Source: a virus (lineage: Duplodnaviria; Caudoviricetes). From it: a DNA stretch of 58,109 nt. The number at the start of each line of letters is the position of its first letter. The first letter of the stretch is position 1. Both the position numbers and the translations under genes were made by a program. Below, piece by piece: positions 28,065-36,370 of the stretch. The stretch spans positions 1-58,109 of IMG/VR virus record IMGVR_UViG_3300027983_000019. One strand, 5' to 3'. The notes under the pieces are model-generated. The model was not told the origin of the DNA and searched no databases. It saw only the letters and a list, made by a program, of their open reading frames with translations.

Positions 28065-28136
28065 CGGACTGGGAGAATAACGATATCTCGGCCTTCACCT
28101 TAACAGGGTGTTGCTCTTCCTCTGAGCTACCAATCC
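28065..28136 (-). tRNA. tRNA-Asn(GTT)
   Basis: CACC-CTGTTAA-GGTG. Confidence 0.82.
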
Positions 28137-28149
28137 TTTTTTACTTTAG

Positions 28150-28237
28150 CGGAGAGCGGAGGAACCGACCCCCGTACCCTTTCGCGTAGCCTAGGTTTCA
28201 AATCTAGTCGCATCTCCATGACACTGCTTCACTCTCC
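28150..28237 (-). tRNA. tRNA-Ser(TGA)
   Basis: CTAGA-TTTGAAA-CCTAG, long variable arm. Confidence 0.8.
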
Positions 28238-28247
28238 ATTATTTTTG

Positions 28248-28320
28248 GGTGTATGAGGAATTACGATATCCCGACCTTCGATTCCACAAACCGACACTCT
28301 TCCTCTGAGCTACACACACC
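28248..28320 (-). tRNA. tRNA-His(GTG)
   Basis: TCGGT-TTGTGGA-ATCGA, extra 5' G. Confidence 0.85.
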
Positions 28321-28324
28321 ATTT

Positions 28325-28495
28325 TTAATCCAGTTCAACAAAAATTATCATCTTACCTTTTTCTTTTTTAAACTTTAACTCCCCATGGTATCCACCTTGG
28401 TCAGCCTTTTCTCTGTGTTCATCCAAGATTTTATCAAAGTTATCTTGGAACTCCTTTATTTTTACCTCACCTATTTTTCTAACTAAATCACCCAT
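28325..28495 (-). CDS. Small hypothetical protein at the head of tRNA operon B
   Basis: MGDLVRKIGE...; start at 28495 lies downstream of the terminator. Confidence 0.55.
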   Translation of the reverse strand: MGDLVRKIGEVKIKEFQDNFDKILDEHREKADQGGYHGELKFKKEKGKMIIFVELD

Positions 28496-28506
28496 AATGT
28501 CTATGT

Positions 28507-28542
28507 AAAAAAAAATCCCCACCTCGGTTTGAGATGGGGATT
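28507..28542 (-). terminator. Attenuator terminator of tRNA operon B
   Basis: AATCCCCATCTC/GAGGTGGGGATT stem plus T-run. Confidence 0.85.
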
Positions 28543-28567
28543 AAGTAGTTATTTTATTAACTATTAA

Positions 28568-28645
28568 TTACACACATCTCGTCATCTTCGTTATCCACGA
28601 ATTACGACTGATATTAATATTATGTATGTTATTATTAGTTTTCAT
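28568..28645 (-). CDS. Leader peptide B: MKTNNNIHNINISRNSWITKMTRCV
   Basis: Translated by hand; lies between a promoter (28681-28711) and a terminator; codons 4-18 are only N, I, H, S, R, W. Confidence 0.85.
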   Translation of the reverse strand: MKTNNNIHNINISRNSWITKMTRCV

Positions 28646-28730
28646 TTTCTTTTGTTTTTTCCTTGTTTATAAATATACTACAAATATAGTAAAAGTTTAC
28701 CGTTGTGTCAAGTGTTTTTTAATTTATTTT

Positions 28731-29216
28731 CTATTTTTTTTTGTTTTCGGTCTTTACACCCTCTTTAAGTGAGTTTATTGTGTCTAATAAACTTGATGCT
28801 TCCTCATAATTTTCTTCATAAACAGCTTCATCTAATTTATTTTGTAATAAATTGATAATAATTTCGGGTGCCAATTCTTGGTCCACCATCTTATTTCTAT
28901 TTTCATTATTGTAGAATTCCTCAGGTGACATTGATATGGTATATATACTAACACTAGTATTATCACCATCTGTTGTTCCACTATATGAGTTATAACCATC
29001 AACATTAAGACCAGTTGCATCTAACCCAAATGGGTTGTTATTCATACCCCACATTAATTTCATTATCTCTTCATAACGATTTTCATAACCACCTATAATA
29101 CCTAAAAACTTTTTCTTAAAGTCGTCATCAGCCATTCTTTCTCTGAATAGTTTATTTAATTTTTCCCTATCAAAGTTTCCAAACTCATCAAATTCATCAT
29201 CATTAAATTCATTCAT
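28731..29216 (-). CDS. Protein with a C-terminal UvrB/UvrC (UVR) motif
   Basis: KLDEAVYEENYEEASSLLDTINSL. Confidence 0.75.
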   Translation of the reverse strand: MNEFNDDEFDEFGNFDREKLNKLFRERMADDDFKKKFLGIIGGYENRYEEIMKLMWGMNNNPFGLDATGLNVDGYNSYSGTTDGDNTSVSIYTISMSPEEFYNNENRNKMVDQELAPEIIINLLQNKLDEAVYEENYEEASSLLDTINSLKEGVKTENKKK

Positions 29217-29289
29217 AATATATTTCTTTTTATTTAAATGTCGTTCATTTTTATTGTAAAGTCAAGTAAAGAAAAATGGATAAACTTAT

Positions 29290-29529
29290 TTATATAAATC
29301 GTCTTTTTTTAAATAATTTAATTTTTTTATCCTTAACTTTGTAACCTCGTTTTCTTAATTTTTTCATGGATTTATTCATTCTACCATCCTCTCGATTAAC
29401 AACCTTTTTCCTGGTCCCTAATGATTGATTATGTGACTGACCACTATTATAGTTTGGTCCTTTAATTGTACAGCAAGATGATAATATTAGTATAAATAAA
29501 CACACTAATATTTTAAATATTGTTTTCAT
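29290..29529 (-). CDS. Small putative lipoprotein
   Basis: LFILILSS-C. Confidence 0.6.
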   Translation of the reverse strand: MKTIFKILVCLFILILSSCCTIKGPNYNSGQSHNQSLGTRKKVVNREDGRMNKSMKKLRKRGYKVKDKKIKLFKKRRFI

Positions 29530-29571
29530 TTATTTGTGTTAATTTAAGTTTAATATAAATATACACAAAAG

Positions 29572-29839
29572 TAAATAAGGAAGGAATCGAACCCCCACAA
29601 CCTACTTTATTCGGTTATACCTTTCCGTGGTGACTCGGTTTTATATTATAGTATTATTGTTTTCTTGTACAAATTTTAAGGACCACCTGATTAAGGTAGG
29701 TTATTATCTAACATGGGTATCAACCCGTCCCACGCCATAAACCACTACACCACTCACTTTATATATCTCGGATGCGTTAATTAATGGACTTTTGATTCAC
29801 CATTTCGAAGTACGCGTCTACCATTCCGCCACTCATTTA
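29572..29839 (-). ncRNA. tRNA-like RNA with a large (about 170-190 nt) insertion in the anticodon arm
   Basis: D arm GTGGCGGAATGGTAGACGC and T arm GGGGGTTCGATTCC flank a long structured insert. Confidence 0.55.
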
Positions 29840-29843
29840 TTTG

Positions 29844-29912
29844 TAATTAAGGTTGGACTCGAACCAACGACCTCCCCTAAAGGATTGCTCTAACCAACTG
29901 AGCTACTTAATC
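29844..29912 (-). ncRNA. tRNA-like RNA with a shrunken anticodon arm
   Basis: Canonical D and T arms; anticodon arm reduced to TCC-TTTA-GGG. Confidence 0.6.
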
Positions 29913-30160
29913 CACCCTCTCATAACCGACTTGAGTAAGAACCTATTGAGGGAACACTAATATGATGTTTTCGGTTTTCACAGTATCTCCATGGGACTAA
30001 CCCATTGTGATTACCAAACCTCCACTAGTGGTTTTCTACTAGAAATCCGAACTGGTATCTTTGACTTTACTAATAATGGTTAGACACTAACGAGTAGGTA
30101 CTAAACACTTTCGAATTGGGGTAACTAAGATACAAAGTTACCATACACATCGATGATTTG

Positions 30161-30230
30161 TGTTGGGTGGGGGTGTCGAACCCTCATCTCCCGCCTGTGG
30201 CGAGTGTCCTAGCCATTAAACGAACCCAAC
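30161..30230 (-). ncRNA. tRNA-like RNA with a 3-5-nt anticodon loop
   Basis: CTCGCC-ACA-GGCGGG. Confidence 0.6.
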
Positions 30231-30298
30231 AACCAACAATATCAAACTGTAATTATCAATTATTGGTTCTAAAAACAACTATTACAGTAATTGTTTTA

Positions 30299-30767
30299 TG
30301 GTACGGGTGGATGGACTCGAACCACCAAAAACTACTTTTCGGATTACTCTTACTTTTCGTCCACCTCGTCATGGGTTACCCCAAACAAGGCGTGTTTACC
30401 AATTTCACCACACCCGCTTATGTAGTTATTTAACATTGGTACGGAAGAAGGGACTCGAACCCCTAAAAACTACTTTTCAGATTACTCTTACTTTTTCGTT
30501 CACTACCCTAAAGAATAGCGTGTTTACCAATTTCACCACTTCCGTAGTTAAGTCTATACCCCCTCATCCCTCTTCTAATCTTGGGGGTTCCACCTTGTGG
30601 GGTGGATGTGTTTTCATCAAATTCCGTTCAGGTAACGTATTGATTACTATTATTGACTTAGTACATGAGGATGGAATCGAACCATCAAGAACTACTTTTC
30701 AGATTACTCTTACTTTTTCGTTCACTACCCTAAAGAATAGCGTGTTTACCAATTTCACCACTCATGT
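30299..30767 (-). ncRNA. Three related tRNA-Leu-like RNAs with aberrant anticodon arms and a conserved long A-rich variable region
   Basis: Copies at 30299-30417, 30437-30545 and 30662-30767 share GTGGTGAAATTGGTAAACACG and CGAAAA(A)GTAAGAGTAATCYGAAAAGTAGTT; acceptor and T stems covary. Confidence 0.7.
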
Positions 30768-30926
30768 ATATTATCTAATTTTGTTGTCTCTATTGTTATA
30801 CAAACCTAATCATTTTTTATTAGTTTGACAAGTATTTTTGTGTTTTTTTTTATTTTATTTTAAAAAGGTTATCCAACCATTGTAACACTTAATCCTCGTT
30901 GTTGGTACAACTATATGTATAATATA

Positions 30927-31214
30927 TTAAGTAGACAAGTACTTTTTAAAATTTAATTTATTTGGTATTTTATCACCGATATAAATTAACGCCACTGAGT
31001 TAGTTGGAACAATCCCTTTTAGTTCCTCTCTCATCATCCTCTTTATTCTGTTTCTATCAACCGCTCTCTTAAACTTCTTAGAACTAACGGTAAATAAGTA
31101 ACCAGGTGTACCATCTGTAACAATTTTAATTAATACATTGTCCACCACTTTGTTTTTAGCTTCCACACTGAATAACCTATCAATATCTTTATTCTGTTTT
31201 AAACTATACTTCAT
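30927..31214 (-). CDS. rnpA: Ribonuclease P protein component
   Basis: RNR motif VSSKKFKRAVDRNRIKRMMRE. Confidence 0.85.
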   Translation of the reverse strand: MKYSLKQNKDIDRLFSVEAKNKVVDNVLIKIVTDGTPGYLFTVSSKKFKRAVDRNRIKRMMREELKGIVPTNSVALIYIGDKIPNKLNFKKYLST

Positions 31215-31382
31215 GGTACAAATGTAAGTTAAATTTATTTAATAAACAAAAAAAAACCACCCTAAGGTGGTTTATCGGGTAAAATCAAAGGCCTTTTGTC
31301 TACCAAAACTATGTTTCATTTCTCATTGTTGTCAATGCTGTACCCAGACGGTATCACCAAACGAAAGAGGAGTTACACAATA

Positions 31383-31775
31383 TCATTCTTTTAATATCAT
31401 TCTTTTTGTTGAAATTCTATCACCATCAACAATTAATTGATAATAATACTCACCCCTACCAAGACCGTTATAGGTAACAGTTATTTTTGATTCTTGGTCA
31501 TCTAATCTAAAAGCAAAAACTTGATATGTAATATCCTTTATAAGGACTATATATGACACACTGTTCTCAGGTATTAAATACTCAATAATTGTATACCCAT
31601 TTGTTGCTGGGTTTGGGTAATTTTGACCAAGTGTTGGTATTATGGTAACTGTTGAATCCCCAATTAATGTTTCATCAACATGTGTAACTGTATTAACAAA
31701 GGTTTCTAAAATAATTGTGTCAGTCTTTGAACAACCATTAACATCTGTAACGGTTACATGATATTCACCCTTTTT
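31383..31775 (-). pseudogene. Start-less fragment of a T9SS cargo gene (SprB-like repeat plus C-terminal sorting domain)
   Basis: Open frame GEYHVTVTDVNGCS...LGQNYPNPATN...GEYYQLIVDG...TKRMILKE* with an in-frame TAA and no start upstream. Confidence 0.65.
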
Positions 31776-31796
31776 TTATTGTTAATATATATTTAG

Positions 31797-31872
31797 TAGC
31801 GGGAGCCAGAGTCGAACTGACGAATGTATGGCTTATGAGACCATAGAGGAATACCACACCTTCTACCCCACG
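31797..31872 (-). tRNA. tRNA-Met(CAT), initiator-like
   Basis: ATGGT-CTCATAA-GCCAT; unpaired C1. Confidence 0.75.
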
Positions 31873-31877
31873 TTTTG

Positions 31878-32017
31878 TGTACTTCTCAGGATTTGAACCT
31901 GAACGTGTGTACCTTAATTTAATCTACCCATAGTGTGTGGGTGGTTTGTAATCGTGTCCACACAACACTCAAACATTTACCATTAAACTAGGTGCGTCTA
32001 CATTCCGCCACAAGTAC
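31878..32017 (-). ncRNA. tRNA-like RNA with an about 70-nt expansion of the anticodon arm
   Basis: Acceptor GTACTT/AAGTAC, D arm GGCGGAATGTAGACGC, T arm CAGG-TTCAAAT-CCTG. Confidence 0.55.
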
Positions 32018-32039
32018 TTTAATAAGTATATACTAAACT

Positions 32040-32228
32040 TTATTGTTTGTCAAGCCGTTTCCTGACATCTTCGTTTAATTTATCATTACCTTTAATAATG
32101 TGTCTTGGCTCAAACGGACAATGTCGACACCCGTTGGAACAACATTGACCCTTATAAGCCAAGAACTTTTCTGTGAGTATAATACACCCATCTTCTTTGT
32201 AAAAATTTTCTTCGTTAGACATAAACAT
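32040..32228 (-). CDS. Small Cys-rich protein (DUF5522-like)
   Basis: FYKEDG..ILTEKFL..KGQCCSNGCRHCPF. Confidence 0.7.
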   Translation of the reverse strand: MFMSNEENFYKEDGCIILTEKFLAYKGQCCSNGCRHCPFEPRHIIKGNDKLNEDVRKRLDKQ

Positions 32229-32778
32229 ATGATTTCCAATCCTCGTGGATATTTTTATATTGTGATAAGAACTCCATATAAGTTGGTCTATACGGTTCGT
32301 GTCTTATTGTTTTACCTGTTAGTAATTCATATTCCTTCAGTGACATATTACCCTTTTCAAGGTTACAAGTACCACAACAGGTTGCTAAATTTTCCCACGA
32401 GTTTTTACCACCTTTTGATTTTGGTTTAACGTGGTCAATCGTTAAGTTTTTTTCAGATGAACAATATACACACTTGTACTCATCTCTTCTGTAAATATTA
32501 AATCTTGATAATGTTACTTTTTTATGTGGTACATATACATAATTGTTTAATCTAACAATTGTTGGTCTTTTAAAACCTTTACCATCATCCGTTAATAACG
32601 TTGGACATTCACCGATTAAATTTAAATAATCCTCGTCTCTAATAGAAACCTTAATAGGGCTATCTTCTTCATACGATACAACATCAGCTTTCCCTTTGTA
32701 AGCGAGCCTAAACCCTCTATCAAAGTTCATCACAGTCATTGGTGACGCATCCATATTTAATACTAATATTTTGTTCAT
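32215..32778 (-). CDS. HNH endonuclease (McrA-like)
   Basis: RDEYKCVYC, LTIDHVKPKSKGG, WENLATCCGTCN. Confidence 0.9.
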   Translation of the reverse strand: MNKILVLNMDASPMTVMNFDRGFRLAYKGKADVVSYEEDSPIKVSIRDEDYLNLIGECPTLLTDDGKGFKRPTIVRLNNYVYVPHKKVTLSRFNIYRRDEYKCVYCSSEKNLTIDHVKPKSKGGKNSWENLATCCGTCNLEKGNMSLKEYELLTGKTIRHEPYRPTYMEFLSQYKNIHEDWKSYVYV

Positions 32779-32822
32779 AACATTTTAATTATAAATAGTC
32801 TAAACTATTAAGTCAAGTGAAG

Positions 32823-32922
32823 TGACCCATAAAGGAATCGAACCTTATATTTGACAGGATAAAACCCATCATTACCGAAGTATGTTATATATCATTTGCA
32901 CAAATGTTTCAATACACGGGTC
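32823..32922 (-). ncRNA. Degenerate tRNA-like element
   Basis: Acceptor GACCCGT/ATGGGTC and T arm AAGG-TTCGATT-CCTT; no clear anticodon. Confidence 0.4.
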
Positions 32923-32927
32923 AAAAG

Positions 32928-33008
32928 TACCTTCGGTGGGAGTCGAACCCACACGCCATAAGACAATAAATCCTAAATCTATCGTGTCTACCATTCCACC
33001 ACGAAGGC
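32928..33008 (-). tRNA. tRNA-Leu(TAG)
   Basis: ATAGA-TTTAGGA-TTTAT. Confidence 0.88.
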
Positions 33009-33038
33009 ATTTATTAGTCTTTCCTAATAGTCTTAAAG

Positions 33039-33122
33039 TAGAGGTGATGGGAGTCGAACCCACAAGCCACAAAGGACATTGCCGCTTAAAAACAACGTGT
33101 ATACCAGTTTCACCACACCTCC
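33039..33122 (-). tRNA. tRNA-Leu(TAA)
   Basis: TTGTT-TTTAAGC-GGCAA, Leu-type D and variable arms. Confidence 0.82.
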
Positions 33123-33136
33123 ATGTGTAATTATTG

Positions 33137-33207
33137 TATCCCCAGATGGAATCGAACCACCATCATACTCAAAATCCTGAGTGGTCGTAACTCCACATAT
33201 ACAGGAC
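33137..33207 (-). ncRNA. Degenerate tRNA-like element (6-nt anticodon loop)
   Basis: ACTCA-GGATTT-TGAGT; T arm GGTGG-TTCGATT-CCATC. Confidence 0.4.
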
Positions 33208-33212
33208 GTTTG

Positions 33213-33287
33213 TGAGGGTAGAGGGAGTCGAACCCCCGGCCTATTGTTTGTAAGACAACCACTCTAAACCAACTGAGCTATACCCCC
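33213..33287 (-). tRNA. tRNA-Val(TAC)
   Basis: TTGT-CTTACAA-ACAA. Confidence 0.9.
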
Positions 33288-34078
33288 TTATATTCGTAAT
33301 GTTTTTTCCATTTTCTAATCGAGTTATCACTAACACCATACTTTTTACCTGTACCAACATAACCTAATGTTTCTATCTCTTCAAGTAGTTGGTTATATGT
33401 TGGTCTAACAACCTTTCGTTTAGATACTTCACTACAACCAACACACCTTAAACTTTTATTGTTTATTTTACAACCACAACTACAAAAATTTTCTTTTTTT
33501 AACCTTTTATTATTTTTACCTGAGAAAGTATCTAAAGTGGTGTCACAGTTGGGACAAACTATTCTAAGATTCTCAATTCTATTGTCGGTATTAATGCCGT
33601 TTATATGGTCTAATATTAAAGACATCTTTTTACCCATCCATTCATCGTTTTGACCACACAACTCACATATTCTCTCTTTAATCCCTTCCTTATATAATCT
33701 TTTTTTTAGTGTTGACGTACCGTATGTACTACCACTAACTAAAATTTCCTCTGTTGGTATTTTTAACCTTTTCCTCGTTATACCATTATTAAAATGTGAT
33801 ATATCTAAATTATATAAATTCATATAATTTTTAATTATTTTATATGATGCTCCAGTGATTGTAATACCCAAATCAATACATAGTTCCCTAATACTTCCAT
33901 AATCTTTAATTTTAGAACTTAACACTTTTTCGTTATATACTCTATGGTTATATTCAATAAAATTATCATTAGCGTATACATAAACTTCATTAACAGGTGT
34001 TTTTAACATACTAGCCACCATAAACGGACCACACTTACTATAGTTTTTTTTAATAATATTTTTTTCATGTTCTCTCAT
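33278..34078 (-). CDS. HNH homing endonuclease inside tRNA operon C
   Basis: LILDHINGINTDNRIENLRIVCPNC; C-terminal HTH-like GKKYGVSDNSIRKW. Confidence 0.85.
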   Translation of the reverse strand: MREHEKNIIKKNYSKCGPFMVASMLKTPVNEVYVYANDNFIEYNHRVYNEKVLSSKIKDYGSIRELCIDLGITITGASYKIIKNYMNLYNLDISHFNNGITRKRLKIPTEEILVSGSTYGTSTLKKRLYKEGIKERICELCGQNDEWMGKKMSLILDHINGINTDNRIENLRIVCPNCDTTLDTFSGKNNKRLKKENFCSCGCKINNKSLRCVGCSEVSKRKVVRPTYNQLLEEIETLGYVGTGKKYGVSDNSIRKWKKHYEYKGV

Positions 34079-34136
34079 AATACTAACCTTTACATATAAA
34101 TACGTGTGGTATTGTAAAAGTTCGATATTTATTTAG

Positions 34137-34209
34137 AGCTAACGATGGGATTCGAACCCACTTCCTCTCAGATACCAACCGAGTGTTCAACCGCATGAAC
34201 TTCGTAAGC
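34137..34209 (-). tRNA. tRNA-Thr(GGT)
   Basis: CTCGG-TTGGTAT-CTGAG. Confidence 0.82.
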
Positions 34210-34214
34210 GTTTG

Positions 34215-34289
34215 TGGGACCACTCAGAGTTGAGCTGAGGCCTCATGTGTTTCAAACATGTGTACAATAACCACCTATACGATAGTCCC
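34215..34289 (-). tRNA. tRNA-Phe(GAA)
   Basis: CATGT-TTGAAAC-ACATG. Confidence 0.8.
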
Positions 34290-34301
34290 ATTATTTATTT
34301 G

Positions 34302-34373
34302 AGGTGAATGAGAGAATCGAACTCTCGTCATTGGATTACAAAACCAACATAATTACCACTATACTAATTCACC
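34302..34373 (-). tRNA. tRNA-Thr(TGT)
   Basis: TTGGT-TTTGTAA-TCCAA. Confidence 0.82.
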
Positions 34374-34379
34374 TTATTG

Positions 34380-34449
34380 TAGCGTACCCGAGGTTCAAAC
34401 TCGGTTAATCATCCTTATGAGAGATAATCCTTTTTCACTAAGTTACGCC
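34380..34449 (-). tRNA. tRNA-Met(CAT) (or Ile2)
   Basis: TATCT-CTCATAA-GGATG. Confidence 0.7.
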
Positions 34450-34467
34450 ATTACTATTATTTTAAAG

Positions 34468-34552
34468 TTGTCTCGGTAGGGTTCGAACCTACAACGGATT
34501 TCTCTCTCTCCCCGGTCAAAACGGGACGTGTTGCCAATTACACCACGAGACA
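34468..34552 (-). tRNA. tRNA-Gln(TTG) with a long variable region
   Basis: TCCCG-TTTTGAC-CGGGA; U1-A72 pair. Confidence 0.82.
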
Positions 34553-34575
34553 ATATTACCAATAAATCAAAGAAC

Positions 34576-34614
34576 AAAAAAAAACCCGAACTCAATAATT
34601 TGAATTCGGGTTTG
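34576..34614 (-). terminator. Attenuator terminator of tRNA operon C
   Basis: AAACCCGAATTCA/TGAGTTCGGGTTT stem plus T-run. Confidence 0.85.
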
Positions 34615-34636
34615 TTTGATTGTATATCTTAAATTG

Positions 34637-34735
34637 TCATGAGACATTAGACACACCAAACCCGAATACAGTTTGTAACTGTACCATAAAGACTTGCGTC
34701 AGGGTAAATAAAGATATGTTTGTTAATGTTTTCAT
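34637..34735 (-). CDS. Leader peptide C: MKTLTNISLFTLTQVFMVQLQTVFGFGVSNVS
   Basis: Translated by hand; lies between a promoter (34771-34801) and a terminator; codons 9-24 are only L, F, T, Q, V, M. Confidence 0.85.
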   Translation of the reverse strand: MKTLTNISLFTLTQVFMVQLQTVFGFGVSNVS

Positions 34736-34810
34736 TTTGTTTTTAATTTTCTTTGTTTATAAATATACTACAAATATAGTAAAAGTTCTCTTATAAGTCA
34801 AGTATTTTTT

Positions 34811-35878
34811 TTATTTATTTTTAATATACTTGAAATCTTCGTTTTCTTCCAATGATAATAGTGTGTGATATATCAATTTAATCACATTTTTAACATCTTT
34901 TTTATCCACAGTCTCAACCGTAGTGTGCATGTATTTTAATGGTAATGATATCAATTGACAAGCAACACCACCATTAGATGTGTAAAAAGCGTTTGTATCT
35001 GTTCCAGAGTTACCATTATATGTACCCCTTTGGAATTTAATTTCTTTTTCCTTAGCTACACCAATTACTTTCTTATGTAAATTTAGTTGGATGTCTCCAC
35101 CTCTAAAAATAACTGGACCGAGACCTGACTTTGTATCACCAGCTGTTTGTTTGTTCATGTGTGGTGTATGTGTATCATGACATACATCCGTTATAATCGC
35201 AACATTAGGTTTAATTGTTTGAGCTATCATTTTAGCTCCGAATAAACCAATTTCTTCCTGAACTGAATTAACGATGTATAGAGTGTAAGGTAATTTATCA
35301 CCTTTATCTTTTAATTTTTTAGCGACTTGTGCTATCATATACCCACCAATTCTGTTGTCCAACGCTCTTGATATGTATTTTCCTTTTCTTTCTTTGAATT
35401 GTGTATTATATACCATAGGACAACCTACAAATATACCCATACCCTCAACTTCTTCTTTTGATGATGCCTCAACATCGACAAATAGGTTGTCAACACTTGG
35501 TTGTAATTCACTTGAACTCTTTCTTTCGTGTATAGCTAACCAACCAAAGTGACCTTCAACTACACCATTTTCACCAAGTATTTGAACACTCGTTCCAGGT
35601 GCTATTTGATGGTCTGAACCACCATTTCGAACTACCCTAATAAATCCATCACTATCAATGTGGTTAACCGTCCACCCAATCTCATCAGCGTGAGCCTCAA
35701 TAACTACTTTATAGTCTTTTCCTGGGTTAACAACCCCAACAGCTGTTCCATATACATCGGTAAATGTTTCATCAACATAATCCTTTATATAATCCAACCA
35801 AATTTGTTGACCTTCGGTTTCCATCCCCGTAGGTGATTTGGCGTTAAGGTATTTTTCTAAAAACTCTTCTTTTTTCAT
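34811..35878 (-). CDS. M42-family aminopeptidase
   Basis: EAHADEIG, RALDNRIG, VQEEIGLFGA, GTDT and YMHT motifs. Confidence 0.9.
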   Translation of the reverse strand: MKKEEFLEKYLNAKSPTGMETEGQQIWLDYIKDYVDETFTDVYGTAVGVVNPGKDYKVVIEAHADEIGWTVNHIDSDGFIRVVRNGGSDHQIAPGTSVQILGENGVVEGHFGWLAIHERKSSSELQPSVDNLFVDVEASSKEEVEGMGIFVGCPMVYNTQFKERKGKYISRALDNRIGGYMIAQVAKKLKDKGDKLPYTLYIVNSVQEEIGLFGAKMIAQTIKPNVAIITDVCHDTHTPHMNKQTAGDTKSGLGPVIFRGGDIQLNLHKKVIGVAKEKEIKFQRGTYNGNSGTDTNAFYTSNGGVACQLISLPLKYMHTTVETVDKKDVKNVIKLIYHTLLSLEENEDFKYIKNK

Positions 35879-35905
35879 ATTATTTAATTATAAATTTATG
35901 TGTTT

Positions 35906-36334
35906 CTAATTTTTTGATTGGTTTTGTGTTATTATTAATTTGGTAACTATCACCTTTTTTTTTAGGTACCCCTCATCATGTAGTCTATTTATTATTTCAT
36001 CGTAAACTAATTCATTATAATATGAGTAATATTCGTAAAATTCATTTGGGTTATTACCTTTTCTTGGGTTTCGTTGACACCAATGTGGGTTTTCTATTAA
36101 CATATACCCATTTTTAACCAAAAAACTATATATAGACCACCGTAATGGGTTTTTCCCAACAAACTCTGTTAATATATTAGGTTTATCTTTTATTTCTCCT
36201 CGATTCCAATAACAGAATGGAACCCACCGTTCAGTATTAAGAGACTTTAGGAATAATTTTAAATCATCCAAATCAACTGAATTAATTAAAATAGAATAAT
36301 CCAATCTAAGTTTATTTAATTCATTAACTACCAT
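35906..36334 (-). CDS. Hypothetical protein
   Basis: 142-aa ORF. Confidence 0.65.
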   Translation of the reverse strand: MVVNELNKLRLDYSILINSVDLDDLKLFLKSLNTERWVPFCYWNRGEIKDKPNILTEFVGKNPLRWSIYSFLVKNGYMLIENPHWCQRNPRKGNNPNEFYEYYSYYNELVYDEIINRLHDEGYLKKKVIVTKLIITQNQSKN

Positions 36335-36370
36335 TCTTTTTCGTTTATATAATTATGTGTCCGATGTTAA

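Noticed and set aside
29572-29839. Group I intron in a tRNA
   Set aside because: I could not identify P7 or other core elements, or a restored 7-nt anticodon loop. A covariance search would be needed.
30437-30767. Ochre suppressor tRNAs (TTA in the loop)
   Set aside because: The loop is 4-6 nt rather than 7 and the variable region is abnormal, so a decoding role cannot be supported.
30158-30828. Plus-strand ORFs with repeated peptides (30158-30433, 30298-30828)
   Set aside because: They are antisense shadows of the repeated tRNA-like RNAs.
23264-33130. ORFs 23264-23515, 23390-23686 (5' part), 26610-26837, 32872-33072 and 32882-33130
   Set aside because: They overlap tRNA genes, and their translations are artefacts of tRNA sequence.
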